Source: Dialister sp.
GTDB taxonomy: Bacteria; Bacillota; Negativicutes; Veillonellales; Dialisteraceae
DNA length: 64,000 nucleotides
Direction: 5' to 3'
Assembly: GCF_036343215.1 (NCBI RefSeq)
Contig: NZ_JAZASU010000004.1
Location: 11,595 to 75,594, forward strand
The notes below the pieces were generated by a model. That model was not told the origin of the DNA. It worked only from the letters and a program-made list of their open reading frames with translations, and ran no database searches. Both the position numbers and the translations under genes were made by a program. Below are positions 37,690 through 48,997 of this stretch, one piece after another. The first letter of the stretch is position 1. Every line of letters begins with the position of its first letter.

Positions 37690-40600
37690 TCAGTCATCAG
37701 AGCCATCATAATGGCTCATTTCATCATTTAAATCTTCTTCGGCAAAGCCGGCTTCCTCATCCGTGGGAGCATTGACTTCTGCTTCCAGGGTATCATTGAA
37801 GGAAGCTACATCGTCAGTGCCTTCTTCTTCTCCACCGTTCATGGATGTTTCCATGGCAGAACGGGAAGCATTCACGGCAGAAGTACCTTCCATGTCCTTA
37901 ATCATTTCGTCCATGGCTCTCTTCTTCTCGGCTTCTGCTTGTTCTACTTCATCCCAGGCTTTGTCTCTGGCTGCTTTTTCTTCGTCCGTCAGGTCATGGT
38001 TTTCGGCACGGCGCCAGCCATTTCCTCCGCCGTAGCCCTGTTCCAGGTCACTTTCATCCAGTTCGCGGAGCACCACTTCGTCTCCGTTTTCATTGAGGAT
38101 ACGGACATCGAGGCCGATGGACTGAAGTTCCTTCATCAGTACTTTGAAGGATTCCGGAACGCCCGGGCTCGGGATATTTTCGCCTTTGACGATCTTTTCG
38201 TAAGCCTTGACACGGCCGATGACATCATCGGATTTCACGGTCAGGATTTCCTGCAGGGTGTAGGCAGCGCCGTAAGCTTCCAGCGCCCAGACTTCCATTT
38301 CGCCGAAACGCTGGCCACCAAACTGTGCCTTGCCGCCCAGAGGCTGCTGGGTAACGAGGGAGTATGGACCGGTGGAACGGGCATGAATCTTATCATCAAC
38401 GAGGTGATGGAGTTTCAGCATGTATTTCCAGCCGATGGTGACCTGATTGTCCAGTTTTTCACCGGTACGGCCATCATAGAGGTCGGTCTTCGCATTGGCA
38501 GGAAGATTTGCCGCCTTCAGCATGGCAGCCAGATCTTCATCGCGGCAGCCGTCGAATACCGGGGTTGCGATATGGATACCGGATTCGGTAGGCTGGGGCA
38601 TGCCGTATTTGTCAAAATCATAGCCGCAGTCGATGAGACGCTGCTTCATTTCTTCATATTTGACCGGATCCTTCAGTGCTTCGCGGATTTCTTCGCCCAG
38701 CATGTGGCAGGCCCAGGAAAGATGGATTTCCAGAATCTGACCGATATTCATTCGGGATGGTACGCCCAGAGGATTCAGTACCAGATCTACCGGACGGCCG
38801 TCCGGGGTAAATGGCATATCTTCTACGGGAAGGATTCTGGAGCATACGCACTTGTTTCCGTGACGACCGGCCATCTTGTCGCCTTCACGGATTTTTCTCT
38901 TCTGTGCGATGGAGACGCGGACCAGACGTTTTACGCCCGGAGGCAGTTCATCAGTGCCGCTGTTGAACTGTCTGACATCCACGACTTTACCGAATTCACC
39001 ATGGGGTACGCGGAGGGATGTATCGCGGACTTCTCTTTCCTTGTCGCCGAAGATGGCACGGAGAAGCCGTTCTTCCGGAGTCAGTTCGGTTTCGCCCTTC
39101 GGGGTAACCTTGCCGACCAGGATATCCCCCGGTCTTACATCGGCGCCGATCATGATGATGCCGTCTTCGTTCAGATATTTCTTGGCTTCATCGGAAACGG
39201 AAGGAAGTTCACGGGTGATTTCTTCCATGCCGAGCTTGGTATCGCGGGCATCGCAGTCATATTGTTCAATATGGATAGAGGTATACAGGTCATCTTTGCA
39301 GAGGCGTTCGGAAATCAGAACGGCGTCTTCGTGGTTATACCCTTCCCAGGATACAAAGGCAACGAGCACATTATGGCCCAGAGCCAGTTCACCCTGATCG
39401 GTACCCATGCCGTCGGCCAGGGTATCCCCCGCTTCTACACGGTCGCCATTGAATACAATGGGGCGCTGGTTGATACAGGTGGACGAGTTGGAGCGCTGGA
39501 ATTTGATGATGTTATAGGTATCCAGTTCACCGTTATCTGCGCGGACGAGAATCTGGCTGCCATTGACATGTTCTACGACCCCGCCTCTCTTTGCAAGAAT
39601 GCAGACACCGGAGTCCTGGCCGGCAACCCATTCCATACCGGTCCCGACGAGCGGAGCTTCCGGACGGAGAAGAGGTACAGCCTGGCGCTGCATGTTTGCA
39701 CCCATGAGGGCACGGTTCGTATCATCATGTTCGAGGAATGGAATCAGGGATGTACCGATGGAAACGACCTGTTTCGGGGATACGTCCATGAGATCTACTT
39801 CCTCAGGTTCTGCTTCCAATACATCGGCACCGCGGCGGCTTGCCACGTTCTTATGAATGAAATGGCCGTCTGCATCCAGCGGTTCAGATGCCTGGGCAAT
39901 GATTTTATCTTCTTCAATATCAGCGGTTACATATCTGCATTCGTCGCTAACTGCGTGGGTCTCTTTGTTTATCAGACGGTATGGGGTCTCGATGAGGCCG
40001 TATTTATTGACGATACCGTAGTTGGACAGGGAGGAAATCAGGCCAATGTTCGGACCTTCAGGAGTTTCTACCGGGCACATACGGCCATAATGGGAATAAT
40101 GAACGTCGCGGACTTCGAACCCTGCGCGTTCACGGGAAAGGCCACCGGGGCCGAGGGCGGACAGACGGCGTTTATGAGTCAGTTCTGCCAGCGGGTTTGT
40201 CTGGTCCATGAACTGGGACAGCTGGGAGGAACCGAAGAATTCCTTGATAGCTGCCGTTACCGGGCGGATATTGATAAGGGCCTGGGGAGTCATCTTGTCC
40301 TGATCGGAAGTGGTCATTCTTTCACGAACTACACGTTCCATACGGGTCAGGCCGATGCGGAACTGATTCTGGAGAAGTTCACCAACGCAGCGTACACGGC
40401 GGTTTCCGAGATGATCGATATCATCGCTCTTGCCATAGCCCTGCATCATGTTCAGCAGGTAATCGATGCAGGCAATAATATCGCACCGTTCGAGGACTCT
40501 GTAATTATCTTCCCGGTTGCCGGAAGAGCAGATGACTTTGACCGGGGTGCCGTCTTCCTTCTGGGTCATCACTTCTACCTGATCGAAGGAGGAGAATACC

Positions 40601-41586
40601 CCGCTTTCTTCAATCTTCCGGATGGCTTCCTCATCGATGATGCTGTTGCCTTCAATGACGATTTCACCGGTTTCCTGATTGACGATGGGGCCTTCTGTCC
40701 TGTGGCCGCGGAGACGGTTCTTCCAGGCCAGTTTTTTGTTCAGCTTGTAACGGCCTACTTTTGCCAGATCATACCGGCGCGGGTCATAGAAGAAATTATT
40801 GAGGAGGGTGGTACCACTTTCTTCGGTAGCCGGTTCACCCGGGCGGAGTTTGTGGTAGATTTCAATGAGAGCGGACTTTCTGTCCGTAGTGTTATCCTTC
40901 TTCAGGGTTTCCTCGATATGGATATCATGATCGAAAAGGTCAAGGATTTCTTCATTGGAAGAATACCCCAGGGCACGGATGAGGACGGTCACCGGCATTT
41001 TGCGGTTGCGGTCGATACGGACGGAAACAATGCCGGAAGGATCCGATTCCAGTTCGATCCAGGCGCCGCGGTTCGGGATCAGCTGGGCGCTGTAAATTTC
41101 CTTGTCGAAGGCATCCTTTTCCTTCTTGTAGTACACACCCGGGGAACGGACCAGCTGGGAGACGATGACACGTTCAGCACCATTGATGATGAATGTGCCG
41201 GTATCCGTCATAATCGGGAAGTCGCCCATGAATTCATCATGTTCCTTCAGTTCGCCGGTTTCCTTGTTTTCCAGACGTACCTGTACATAGAGCTTTGCTG
41301 AATAGTTGACGTCTTTTACTTTGCACTTTTCAATGTCGAAATTCGGTTCACTGAAATGATATTCGCCAAAATGAAGTGCCCATTTGTGTGCACTGTCTTC
41401 AATAGGGGAAATATCTGCCAATACGTCTTTCAGCCCTTCCTTGCAGAACCATTCGTAGGATTTCGTCTGCAGATCAAGCAAATGCGGCATTTTCAGAACT
41501 TCCTGTGATCTGGCAAAAGTGTACCTGTATTTCTGGCCAACTTTCACGGGTCTGAACATCTTGCTGTTAGGCATTCCTCGCCTCAC
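37690..41586 (-). CDS. rpoB: RNA polymerase beta subunit
   Basis: [30 protein letters not shown] and [11 protein letters not shown] motifs; start may be 41574. Confidence 0.99.
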   Translation of the reverse strand: MRRGMPNSKMFRPVKVGQKYRYTFARSQEVLKMPHLLDLQTKSYEWFCKEGLKDVLADISPIEDSAHKWALHFGEYHFSEPNFDIEKCKVKDVNYSAKLYVQVRLENKETGELKEHDEFMGDFPIMTDTGTFIINGAERVIVSQLVRSPGVYYKKEKDAFDKEIYSAQLIPNRGAWIELESDPSGIVSVRIDRNRKMPVTVLIRALGYSSNEEILDLFDHDIHIEETLKKDNTTDRKSALIEIYHKLRPGEPATEESGTTLLNNFFYDPRRYDLAKVGRYKLNKKLAWKNRLRGHRTEGPIVNQETGEIVIEGNSIIDEEAIRKIEESGVFSSFDQVEVMTQKEDGTPVKVICSSGNREDNYRVLERCDIIACIDYLLNMMQGYGKSDDIDHLGNRRVRCVGELLQNQFRIGLTRMERVVRERMTTSDQDKMTPQALINIRPVTAAIKEFFGSSQLSQFMDQTNPLAELTHKRRLSALGPGGLSRERAGFEVRDVHYSHYGRMCPVETPEGPNIGLISSLSNYGIVNKYGLIETPYRLINKETHAVSDECRYVTADIEEDKIIAQASEPLDADGHFIHKNVASRRGADVLEAEPEEVDLMDVSPKQVVSIGTSLIPFLEHDDTNRALMGANMQRQAVPLLRPEAPLVGTGMEWVAGQDSGVCILAKRGGVVEHVNGSQILVRADNGELDTYNIIKFQRSNSSTCINQRPIVFNGDRVEAGDTLADGMGTDQGELALGHNVLVAFVSWEGYNHEDAVLISERLCKDDLYTSIHIEQYDCDARDTKLGMEEITRELPSVSDEAKKYLNEDGIIMIGADVRPGDILVGKVTPKGETELTPEERLLRAIFGDKEREVRDTSLRVPHGEFGKVVDVRQFNSGTDELPPGVKRLVRVSIAQKRKIREGDKMAGRHGNKCVCSRILPVEDMPFTPDGRPVDLVLNPLGVPSRMNIGQILEIHLSWACHMLGEEIREALKDPVKYEEMKQRLIDCGYDFDKYGMPQPTESGIHIATPVFDGCRDEDLAAMLKAANLPANAKTDLYDGRTGEKLDNQVTIGWKYMLKLHHLVDDKIHARSTGPYSLVTQQPLGGKAQFGGQRFGEMEVWALEAYGAAYTLQEILTVKSDDVIGRVKAYEKIVKGENIPSPGVPESFKVLMKELQSIGLDVRILNENGDEVVLRELDESDLEQGYGGGNGWRRAENHDLTDEEKAARDKAWDEVEQAEAEKKRAMDEMIKDMEGTSAVNASRSAMETSMNGGEEEGTDDVASFNDTLEAEVNAPTDEEAGFAEEDLNDEMSHYDGSDD

Positions 41587-41856
41587 CCTTTCATAAAAAA
41601 CCGACCGTCCGAAAGAGGCTCCCCTCTTTCTTTCAGTCCCTTTACTTTGTATAAATAAATAAAAGAAGGAACGTTGCGAAAATCAATTTTACTACAGATA
41701 AAAGATGATTGCAAATGTTTCTTCTTTTTTGCCATTAAAGAAATATTGAATATCAGAATCACAATATTTTCTTTTATAAAATATTTTATTTCCGCTATAG
41801 AAATATTCTTGCGTTAAAAATTTCTCTTGATTTTTACGGCCTTTTTGTTCCACGGT

Positions 41857-41885
41857 ATTGTAGCACGGTTTGTTTCAAATTGCAA
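41857..41885 (-). promoter_or_regulatory. Candidate rpoBC promoter
   Basis: TTGCAA-17-TACAAT with a TG extended -10. Confidence 0.6.
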
Positions 41886-42023
41886 TACTCCGGAATGCGT
41901 ACGAAAACCGGGCAGAGACTTCACCGCCATCCCATACGGTCACGTCCCCTTCCGCAGCGGGATGGAAACAATCGGTTTATAAAGGAGCGGGACAATCATC
42001 AGGCTGCCGGCTCCATAAGATGC

Positions 42024-42058
42024 AAAAAGGACATCCCCCAAATGAGGATGTCCTTTTT
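42024..42058. terminator. pyc terminator
   Basis: AAAAAGGACATCC...GGATGTCCTTTTT. Confidence 0.75.
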
Positions 42059-42074
42059 ATTTCATGGGAACGGA

Positions 42075-45000
42075 TTATTCAATCACCATGAGCAGATCGC
42101 CGGATTCGATTCTCTGGCCCGCTTTAACGTGAATTTCAGAAACGATGCCATCAATCGGAGCAGTGATGGTGGTTTCCATCTTCATGGCTTCGGTAACGAT
42201 GACGGGCTGTCCTTTCTTCACGGATGCGCCTTTTTCTGCCAGGAGTTTAACCACGGAGCCGGAGAGGGTTGCGCCTACTTCGCCCGGGATATCTTTGTCT
42301 GCCTTTCTGGAAGTCACGGCAGATTCAGCCACATGCTTATCGTGGACTTTCAGTTCACGGGGCATACCGTTCAATTCGAACTGGATTTCCCTGTTGCCTT
42401 CGCCGTCCGGTTTGGTGATGTTGTCCAGTTTCACAAGAAGCATCTTGCCCGGTTCCACATTGACCCGGATTTCTTCGCCCGGTTTCATGCCGAAGAAGTA
42501 AGTCGGGGTATCGAGGATGGAGAGATCGCCGTATTTATGATACCGGTCGATATAGTCACTGAACACCTTCGGATAGATGCAGTAGGAGGAAACGTCTTCT
42601 TCCCTGGTGGGTAGATGTTTTTCCTTCATTTCCATCTTCACCTGTTCGAAATCCACATTGGCCGGTTTGCTTTCCAGATTCGGCTTCCTGCCGCGCAGGA
42701 TGATTTCCTGCAGCTTTTCCGGGAATCCGCCATAAGGAACACCCAGTTTGCCGTCAAAGAATTCCACTACGGACTTCGGGAAGTCCAGGGTTTCACCCTT
42801 TTCATAGATATCTTTTTCGGTGAGGTGATTCTGGACCATGAAGAGGGTCATATCACCGACGACTTTGGAAGACGGGGTAACTTTGATCACATCGCCAAAC
42901 ATCATATTGACCTTTGCATAGACACGGCATACTTCCGGCCACTGATCGCCAAGGCCTACGGCAGTTGCCTGCTGGCGAAGATTGGAATACTGTCCGCCGG
43001 GCATTTCATGCTGGTACAGGGTGGTATTCGGGGAAGCCATTTTGGAATCTACGCCCGCATAGTACGGACGGACGCCCTGCCAGTAACGGTCGATGGTTTC
43101 GAGGGCTTCGATATCCAGTTTCGGCTGGCGCGGATTGTTCTGGAGCGCATAGTACATGGCAGTCATGGATGGCTGGCTGGTACCGTTGGAGAAGGCAGAA
43201 GTTGCCACATCCACAATATCCACACCTGCTTCAGCTGCTTTTGCATACGTATAAAGTGTGCAGCCGCCGCCTTCATGGCTGTGCAGGTGAATCGGAAGAT
43301 TCACGGCATCTTTGAGGGCGGAAATCAGGTCATAGGCTGCTTCCGGTTTCAGGAGGCCTGCCATATCTTTGATGGCGATGATATTGGCGCCGGCTTTTTC
43401 CATTTCCTTTGCCAGATCGGTGTAGTATTTCAGGGAATATTTCTGGCGTTTCGGATCTTCGATATCGCCGGTATAGCAGAAGCAGGCTTCGGCCAGTTTG
43501 CCTTTCTTTCTGACTTCATCGATGGAAACGGTCATATGGGAAAGCTGGTTCAGGCAGTCGAAGATTCTGAATACATCGATTCCATTGTCAGCAGCCTGGT
43601 CGATAAAGTGACGGACCACGTTTTCCGGATAGTTAGTATAGCCAACGGTATTGGCACCGCGGGTAAGCATCTGGAAGAGGATATTCGGAGCCGCTTCTCT
43701 CATCTGTCGGAGACGATCCCAGGGAGATTCATCAAGGAATCGGTAAGCCACATCGAAAGTAGCACCGCCCCAGTTTTCAAAGGAGAAGAGCTGCGGTACA
43801 TGAACGGCGGTGTAATGAATGGCGTTCATGATATCATGGGTTCTGACACGGGTAGCCAGGAGGGACTGATGGGCATCACGATAGGTGGTATCCATGAACA
43901 TGAGCTCTTTCTGGTCCATCACCCACTTGGAGAATTTTTCCGGTCCCATTTCGTCAAGGAGCTGTTTGGTGCCCTTTGGCGCTTCTTCCTTGGACGCATC
44001 GAGGATGGGAAGTGGTACAAAATCCGGTTTATCCTGATGACCGGTGCCTGCATAACCATTGACCGTGATGTCGGCAATGTAGGAAAGAAGCCTGGTGCCG
44101 CGGTCGGAAATGAGGTCCGGTTCCTGAAGAAGCCAGGGGTTCCGGTCGATGTAATTCACATCGCATTTACCATCCTGGAAGTCCCTTGTGCGGAGCATAT
44201 TCTGGAGGAAATAAATATTGGTCTTTACGCCGGAAATGCGGAATTCATCGAGACAGCGGAGCATCTTGTGGATGGTGTCTTTCGAATGAAGGGCATGAGC
44301 GGTAACCTTGACGAGGAGGGAATCATAGTAGGGAGTAATGACAGCGCCGGTATAAGCCGTACCTGCATCGAGACGGATGCCCGGGCCGCCGCCGGAGCGG
44401 TAGGCAATAATCTTGCCGGTATCCGGCATGAAATTGTTCTGCGGATCTTCGGTGGTAATACGGCACTGGATAGCTACACCTTTGTACCAGATTTCATCCT
44501 GCTGGCCGATAGCGATTTCCGGTCCGTCCAGAGCATAGCCTTCCGCAATGAGAATCTGGCTCTTCACGATATCCACATCCGTAATCATTTCGGTAACAGT
44601 ATGTTCTACCTGGACACGGGGATTGACTTCGATGAAATAGAAATCCTTTTCATTCTGATCTACCAGGAATTCGACAGTGCCGGCGTTGACATAATGAACA
44701 TGCTTCATCAGTTTGACAGCTGCATTACAGATACGCTGGCGGAGTTCGACAGGAAGAGACCAGGCCGGAGCCATTTCTATGACTTTCTGATGGCGGCGCT
44801 GAATGGAGCAGTCACGTTCAAAAAGATGAACCACATTGCCATGTTCATCCCCCATAATCTGCACTTCGATGTGCTTCGGATTCATGATGCACTTTTCTAC
44901 ATACAGATCTTCATCGCCAAAGGCCATTTTGGCTTCGGACTTTGCACGGTCATAGGCATCGCGGAGATCTTCCATGCGGTCTACATTTCTGATGCCTCGT

Positions 45001-45503
45001 CCGCCGCCACCGTTGACTGCTTTAATCATGACCGGGAAGCCGTTCTTTTCGGCAAAAGCTTTGACTTCTTCGAAATTCTTCACTGCCCCGTTGGTGCCGG
45101 GAATCATGGGAATGCCGGCTTTGGACGCAGCGATACGGGAATTGACCTTGTCGCCGAACATGATGAGATGTTCCACTTTCGGTCCGATGAAAGTAATGCC
45201 CTCTTCTTCGCAGCGCCTGGCAAGTTTTGCATTTTCAGCGAGGAAACCGTAGCCCGGATGAATGGCATCGACATCATGTTCCTTGCAGATGCGGATGATA
45301 TCTTCGATATCCAGATAAGCATCGACCGGTTTATCCCCTGCCCCTACCAGGTAAGCTTCATCAGCTTTATTGCGGTGAAGGGAAAGAATATCTTCCTTCG
45401 AATAAATGGCAACGGTGCGGATGCCCATTTCGTTACAGGCCCGAAAAATGCGGATGGCGATTTCGCCTCTGTTGGCCACAAGGACCTTGCGGATGTGTTT
45501 CAT
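42075..45503 (-). CDS. pyc: Pyruvate carboxylase
   Basis: ANRGEIA biotin carboxylase domain, RDAHQSL carboxyltransferase domain, EAMKME biotin attachment site. Confidence 0.98.
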   Translation of the reverse strand: MKHIRKVLVANRGEIAIRIFRACNEMGIRTVAIYSKEDILSLHRNKADEAYLVGAGDKPVDAYLDIEDIIRICKEHDVDAIHPGYGFLAENAKLARRCEEEGITFIGPKVEHLIMFGDKVNSRIAASKAGIPMIPGTNGAVKNFEEVKAFAEKNGFPVMIKAVNGGGGRGIRNVDRMEDLRDAYDRAKSEAKMAFGDEDLYVEKCIMNPKHIEVQIMGDEHGNVVHLFERDCSIQRRHQKVIEMAPAWSLPVELRQRICNAAVKLMKHVHYVNAGTVEFLVDQNEKDFYFIEVNPRVQVEHTVTEMITDVDIVKSQILIAEGYALDGPEIAIGQQDEIWYKGVAIQCRITTEDPQNNFMPDTGKIIAYRSGGGPGIRLDAGTAYTGAVITPYYDSLLVKVTAHALHSKDTIHKMLRCLDEFRISGVKTNIYFLQNMLRTRDFQDGKCDVNYIDRNPWLLQEPDLISDRGTRLLSYIADITVNGYAGTGHQDKPDFVPLPILDASKEEAPKGTKQLLDEMGPEKFSKWVMDQKELMFMDTTYRDAHQSLLATRVRTHDIMNAIHYTAVHVPQLFSFENWGGATFDVAYRFLDESPWDRLRQMREAAPNILFQMLTRGANTVGYTNYPENVVRHFIDQAADNGIDVFRIFDCLNQLSHMTVSIDEVRKKGKLAEACFCYTGDIEDPKRQKYSLKYYTDLAKEMEKAGANIIAIKDMAGLLKPEAAYDLISALKDAVNLPIHLHSHEGGGCTLYTYAKAAEAGVDIVDVATSAFSNGTSQPSMTAMYYALQNNPRQPKLDIEALETIDRYWQGVRPYYAGVDSKMASPNTTLYQHEMPGGQYSNLRQQATAVGLGDQWPEVCRVYAKVNMMFGDVIKVTPSSKVVGDMTLFMVQNHLTEKDIYEKGETLDFPKSVVEFFDGKLGVPYGGFPEKLQEIILRGRKPNLESKPANVDFEQVKMEMKEKHLPTREEDVSSYCIYPKVFSDYIDRYHKYGDLSILDTPTYFFGMKPGEEIRVNVEPGKMLLVKLDNITKPDGEGNREIQFELNGMPRELKVHDKHVAESAVTSRKADKDIPGEVGATLSGSVVKLLAEKGASVKKGQPVIVTEAMKMETTITAPIDGIVSEIHVKAGQRIESGDLLMVIE

Positions 45504-45973
45504 AAAATCCTCCCTCAGATTTTCATTCTACCCCTTTCAGGAGTCCCCTGAATGTGGTTATTGTTATAAACTGCGCGGCATGGTGCCGCGGATGATTCCA
45601 TTTTACTAAGGGTAATTATAAAAATCAATAGCTTTTTTGAATAAGTATGGATTTACCCATCGATTCATAAAACATATGGGTGCATATTTTAAGTTAAAAC
45701 AATAATAATTCTTTTGAATCGTATTTTTATCTATAAATTTCTATTTCCATGTATTATATACTATTATTTCTTATCGTAAAAATGGAAATATTCGGGATTT
45801 CATATATTGAGCAGCTTATCAATCAGATAGTTCTCCCGAAGGATGTATGAAAATTCTAAACCATATCATTCCAGCATATCCGATATATTTCCATATATTA
45901 ATAGGGAAATTGATATTTTCCCATTTCAGCCATAAAAAAATGCGCCGCGGAGCAGCGCATTTTTTTATTCCGA

Positions 45974-46936
45974 TTATAACTTCTCACCGGCCAGAACCTT
46001 GTCACCTTTGGCAATATTTGCACGAATGGTAGCAATGCATTCCTTGAACCGTTTCATTTCATTTTCAGGAAGATTGTATTCCATGACTTCTTCAATGCCG
46101 TTGATGCCTACTACGCAGGGGACGCCCACGAATACATCTTTTTCGCCATATTCGCCGTCGAGCTGGGCAGAGCAGGGAAGAATTCTCTTTTCATCATGGA
46201 AAATAGTGCGGACCAGAGTAGCAGCTGCGGAAGCAATGCCGTATTCCGTACAGAACTTGCCGGAGTAAGTGACCCAGCCGCCTTTGATGGCTTTCTGCTG
46301 AACAAGGTCTTTATCAAACTGGAAACGGGGATCTTCTTCCATTTCTGCCAGGGGCTTGCCATAGAAATTCATCTGAGACCATGCCACCATCTGGGCATTG
46401 CCGTGTTCACCCATCATGAAAGCAAAGAATCCACGGCTGTCCAGGCCCGTTGCAAAAGACAGTTCATGGATAAGACGGGAAGAATCGAGAAGAGTACCGG
46501 TTCCCATGACACGTCCCTTCGGAAGGCCGGATTTCCTCTGGATCAGGTTGGCAATGACATCACAGGGGTTGGTAATATTGATGAAAATACCATCAAAGCC
46601 GCCAGCCATGACTTTCGGAACATAATCCGCCACCTGTTTCACGCTGTTGACCAGTTCATCATCGCGATTGCCCGATGCGCAGAGAGTAATGTCCCCTACC
46701 GCATTGACGATGATATCGCAGTCCTTAAGTCCTGCATAGTCAGCGATTTTATAGACGGAATGATTCGGCATGTACATTACTGCATCGTTCAGATCCTGAC
46801 ATTCACTGATCACTTTCTTTTCATTCAGGTCGCAGAGGAGAATTTCATCGGCAATCCCCATCATGCCCAGACAAAATGCCACATGAGCGCCTACATGGCC
46901 CAATCCTACTACGCCTACTATTCTTTTCTTAGCCAT
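45974..46936 (-). CDS. L-lactate / L-2-hydroxyacid dehydrogenase (LDH/MDH family)
   Basis: GLGHVG, ITNPCD, GTLLDSSR and GEHG motifs; substrate loop resembles L-2-hydroxyisocaproate dehydrogenase. Confidence 0.88.
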   Translation of the reverse strand: MAKKRIVGVVGLGHVGAHVAFCLGMMGIADEILLCDLNEKKVISECQDLNDAVMYMPNHSVYKIADYAGLKDCDIIVNAVGDITLCASGNRDDELVNSVKQVADYVPKVMAGGFDGIFINITNPCDVIANLIQRKSGLPKGRVMGTGTLLDSSRLIHELSFATGLDSRGFFAFMMGEHGNAQMVAWSQMNFYGKPLAEMEEDPRFQFDKDLVQQKAIKGGWVTYSGKFCTEYGIASAAATLVRTIFHDEKRILPCSAQLDGEYGEKDVFVGVPCVVGINGIEEVMEYNLPENEMKRFKECIATIRANIAKGDKVLAGEKL

Positions 46937-46978
46937 TTTATATCCTCCTTTGACTAATTCACCCATTTTTAGAGGGTA

Positions 46979-46996
46979 TTGTTATACTTATAACAT
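46979..46996. promoter_or_regulatory. Candidate Rex operator
   Basis: TTGTTAT-ACTT-ATAACAT resembles the clostridial Rex box TTGTTAA-N4-TTAACAA, 43 bp upstream of the dehydrogenase. Confidence 0.55.
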
Positions 46997-47400
46997 GGCT
47001 TTTATTTCCCTGTCAATCCCCCATGGGGGATATGAACGAAAATACGGGGCTGTATAATCATTACACCATACAGGGAACTGCCGGAAATTGAAAAGTGATC
47101 AGTGAAGGGGACCCGCATCTGATGAAATGGCATTCCATTTTTAACCATAGCTATCATCGAAAAGGGTTAAACTTTATATAAAAAAGCCGCCCCGGTGTAA
47201 AGATTCCCCAAAGCTGCGGACCGGCCACTATTTCCTGAAAAGTTTTGAAATCATGATTTCTATTTTTGTACACCCTCCAGATCTGCTATCAGGAAAGTAA
47301 TTTCATACTTTTTCAAAAAATAGTTGAGTCCTTCATGGAAAATACGGTATAATGTATGAAATAAAATCATTTACTTTTATAAAGAAAGGAGTCTTCCCTC

Positions 47401-47832
47401 ATGGGTATGCTCAAAGAATTCAAGGATTTCGCTCTCCGCGGCAACGTGGTAGACATGGCTGTCGGCGTAGTAATCGGCGCTGCTTTTGGTAAAATCGTTT
47501 CCTCACTGGTCAGTGACATCATCATGCCGCCGATTGGATTCGTACTGGGCGGGATTGATTTTTCCAACCTCTTCATTCCCCTCTCCAAAATCCCGGTAAG
47601 CACCCTGGCAGAAGCCAAAGAAGCAGGCGTTCCCGTCATCGCTTACGGCTCCTTCATCAATAATGTCATTGACTTCCTCATCGTAGCATTTGCCATTTTC
47701 CTCTGCATCAAACAGATCAACCACTTCTTCCCGAAAGCGCCGGCTAAAGAACCGAGAAAATGCCCCTACTGCAAAGAAGTCATTGCTGACGATGCCACCC
47801 GCTGCCCGCACTGCACTGCAGAACTGAAGTGA
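47401..47832 (+). CDS. mscL: Large-conductance mechanosensitive channel with C-terminal Zn ribbon
   Basis: [41 protein letters not shown]...CPHC. Confidence 0.96.
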   Translation: MGMLKEFKDFALRGNVVDMAVGVVIGAAFGKIVSSLVSDIIMPPIGFVLGGIDFSNLFIPLSKIPVSTLAEAKEAGVPVIAYGSFINNVIDFLIVAFAIFLCIKQINHFFPKAPAKEPRKCPYCKEVIADDATRCPHCTAELK

Positions 47833-47869
47833 TTTTTGTCTCACTTTTCTGAATCCCGATCATCTCAAT

Positions 47870-48120
47870 CCGATGAATCGTGACCCCTGGACCGTGATTC
47901 GTGATCCGTTAAGGATATGGGGCTGCGCGAACCAATCTGATTGATAACGGCTGCTCACAACAAGAAAAAGACGCCCCTCACCGGACGTCTTTTTTTATGC
48001 TCTTTTATCATTTTGGAAATACGATAAAACCCCTGTCCATATAAAGTCCAATCAGAATTCATGCCGCATCAGCGGCACACCTTCACGGACCACGGGCCAC
48101 GATTCACGGATCACGACCAG
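47870..48120. repeat. REP-like element pair with heptamer tails
   Basis: CGTGA tail then TTAAGGATAT...GCGAACCAATCT (as at 14057); ATGCCGC-ATCA-GCGGCACACCTTCAC then CACGGAC/CACGATT tail. Confidence 0.75.
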
Positions 48121-48151
48121 CACCATGTCTGCTCCATCATAAGAATGCCAA

Positions 48152-48227
48152 TTGACACAACCCCCACGTCTAAAGCCTCCCTTTCGGGAGGCTTCGTTTG
48201 GAGACGTTGGATTGTGTAGAAAGATTG
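48152..48227 (-). mobile_element. Miniature IS200/IS605 (IS608-like) remnant
   Basis: Minus strand: TTAC|CAA...CCAACGTCT...CTTTAGACGTGGGGGTTGTGTCAA, resembling the IS608 target TTAC and right end ending TCAA. Confidence 0.5.
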
Positions 48228-48284
48228 GTAACAATGAGCGGAATCACCACGGCCAATGGTGATTTCCTTTTTGTTTACGACTAT

Positions 48285-48313
48285 AGGATACACCCTCCGT
48301 TATATATTGTCAA
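48285..48313 (-). promoter_or_regulatory. Sigma70/A promoter with no downstream CDS
   Basis: TTGACA-17-TATCCT. Confidence 0.6.
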
Positions 48314-48488
48314 GCTGTTTATCTGTAAAAAATAACAATTATTTACAATCAAAAAAATAAGTTCCTTTCAGATACGCTTATTTCTCCCGTTGTTTACAGA
48401 ATGGCCTGCAGCATTCCGGTTTCAAAGTCAGCCGGATTTCTTTATTTCATAAAAAAACCGACCTCCCTGGCCGGTTTTCTTTCAACCA

Positions 48489-48653
48489 TCAGTCTTCAAG
48501 GACTTCAAATTCTTCTTTCGGAGCGCCACACATGGGGCAGATGTAATCTTCCGGAAGATCTTCAAATTTGGTGCCCGGTTCGATGCCGTTATCCGGATCC
48601 CCTAATGCTTCATCATAAATCCAGCCACAGATTTTACATACGTATTTTTTCAT
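48489..48653 (-). CDS. Rubredoxin (54 aa, below the ORF-track cutoff)
   Basis: [54 protein letters not shown]; RBS GGAGG. Confidence 0.95.
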   Translation of the reverse strand: MKKYVCKICGWIYDEALGDPDNGIEPGTKFEDLPEDYICPMCGAPKEEFEVLED

Positions 48654-48997
48654 AACACGCCTCCATTTGCCTGCCTGACAGGACTTAATAATGGCAGATT
48701 GCCATTGATTTCCTTCATTATATCATATTTGGTCCGTTCTGCCTGTATATATTGGAAGTTTTAGATTCTAACAGTTTATTAATTTTATATCTGAAAATAA
48801 ATCCCGATATTATCGAATTTTTACTGTATGCGTTTTAGTTATTTCTAATCTTTACCTATATCAATTTGGAAAGAAGCTATACCTCTTCGAAGAAATACGA
48901 TATAATAAAGATGAAAAAGTCAATAAGGAAAGACCCTGAAGTCCTGGGGAGCAGGCCGCTCTTTCCCGAATTTATTTTAAAGAAGGAGGAGATCCGT

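Noticed and set aside
33458-45551. Very long + strand ORFs (33458-37666, 37939-41301, 42615-45551)
   Set aside because: Antisense shadows of rpoC, rpoB and pyc caused by codon bias; they have no motifs or RBS.
47750-47832. Zn-ribbon tail on MscL as a novelty
   Set aside because: This extension is common in clostridial and Negativicutes MscL proteins.
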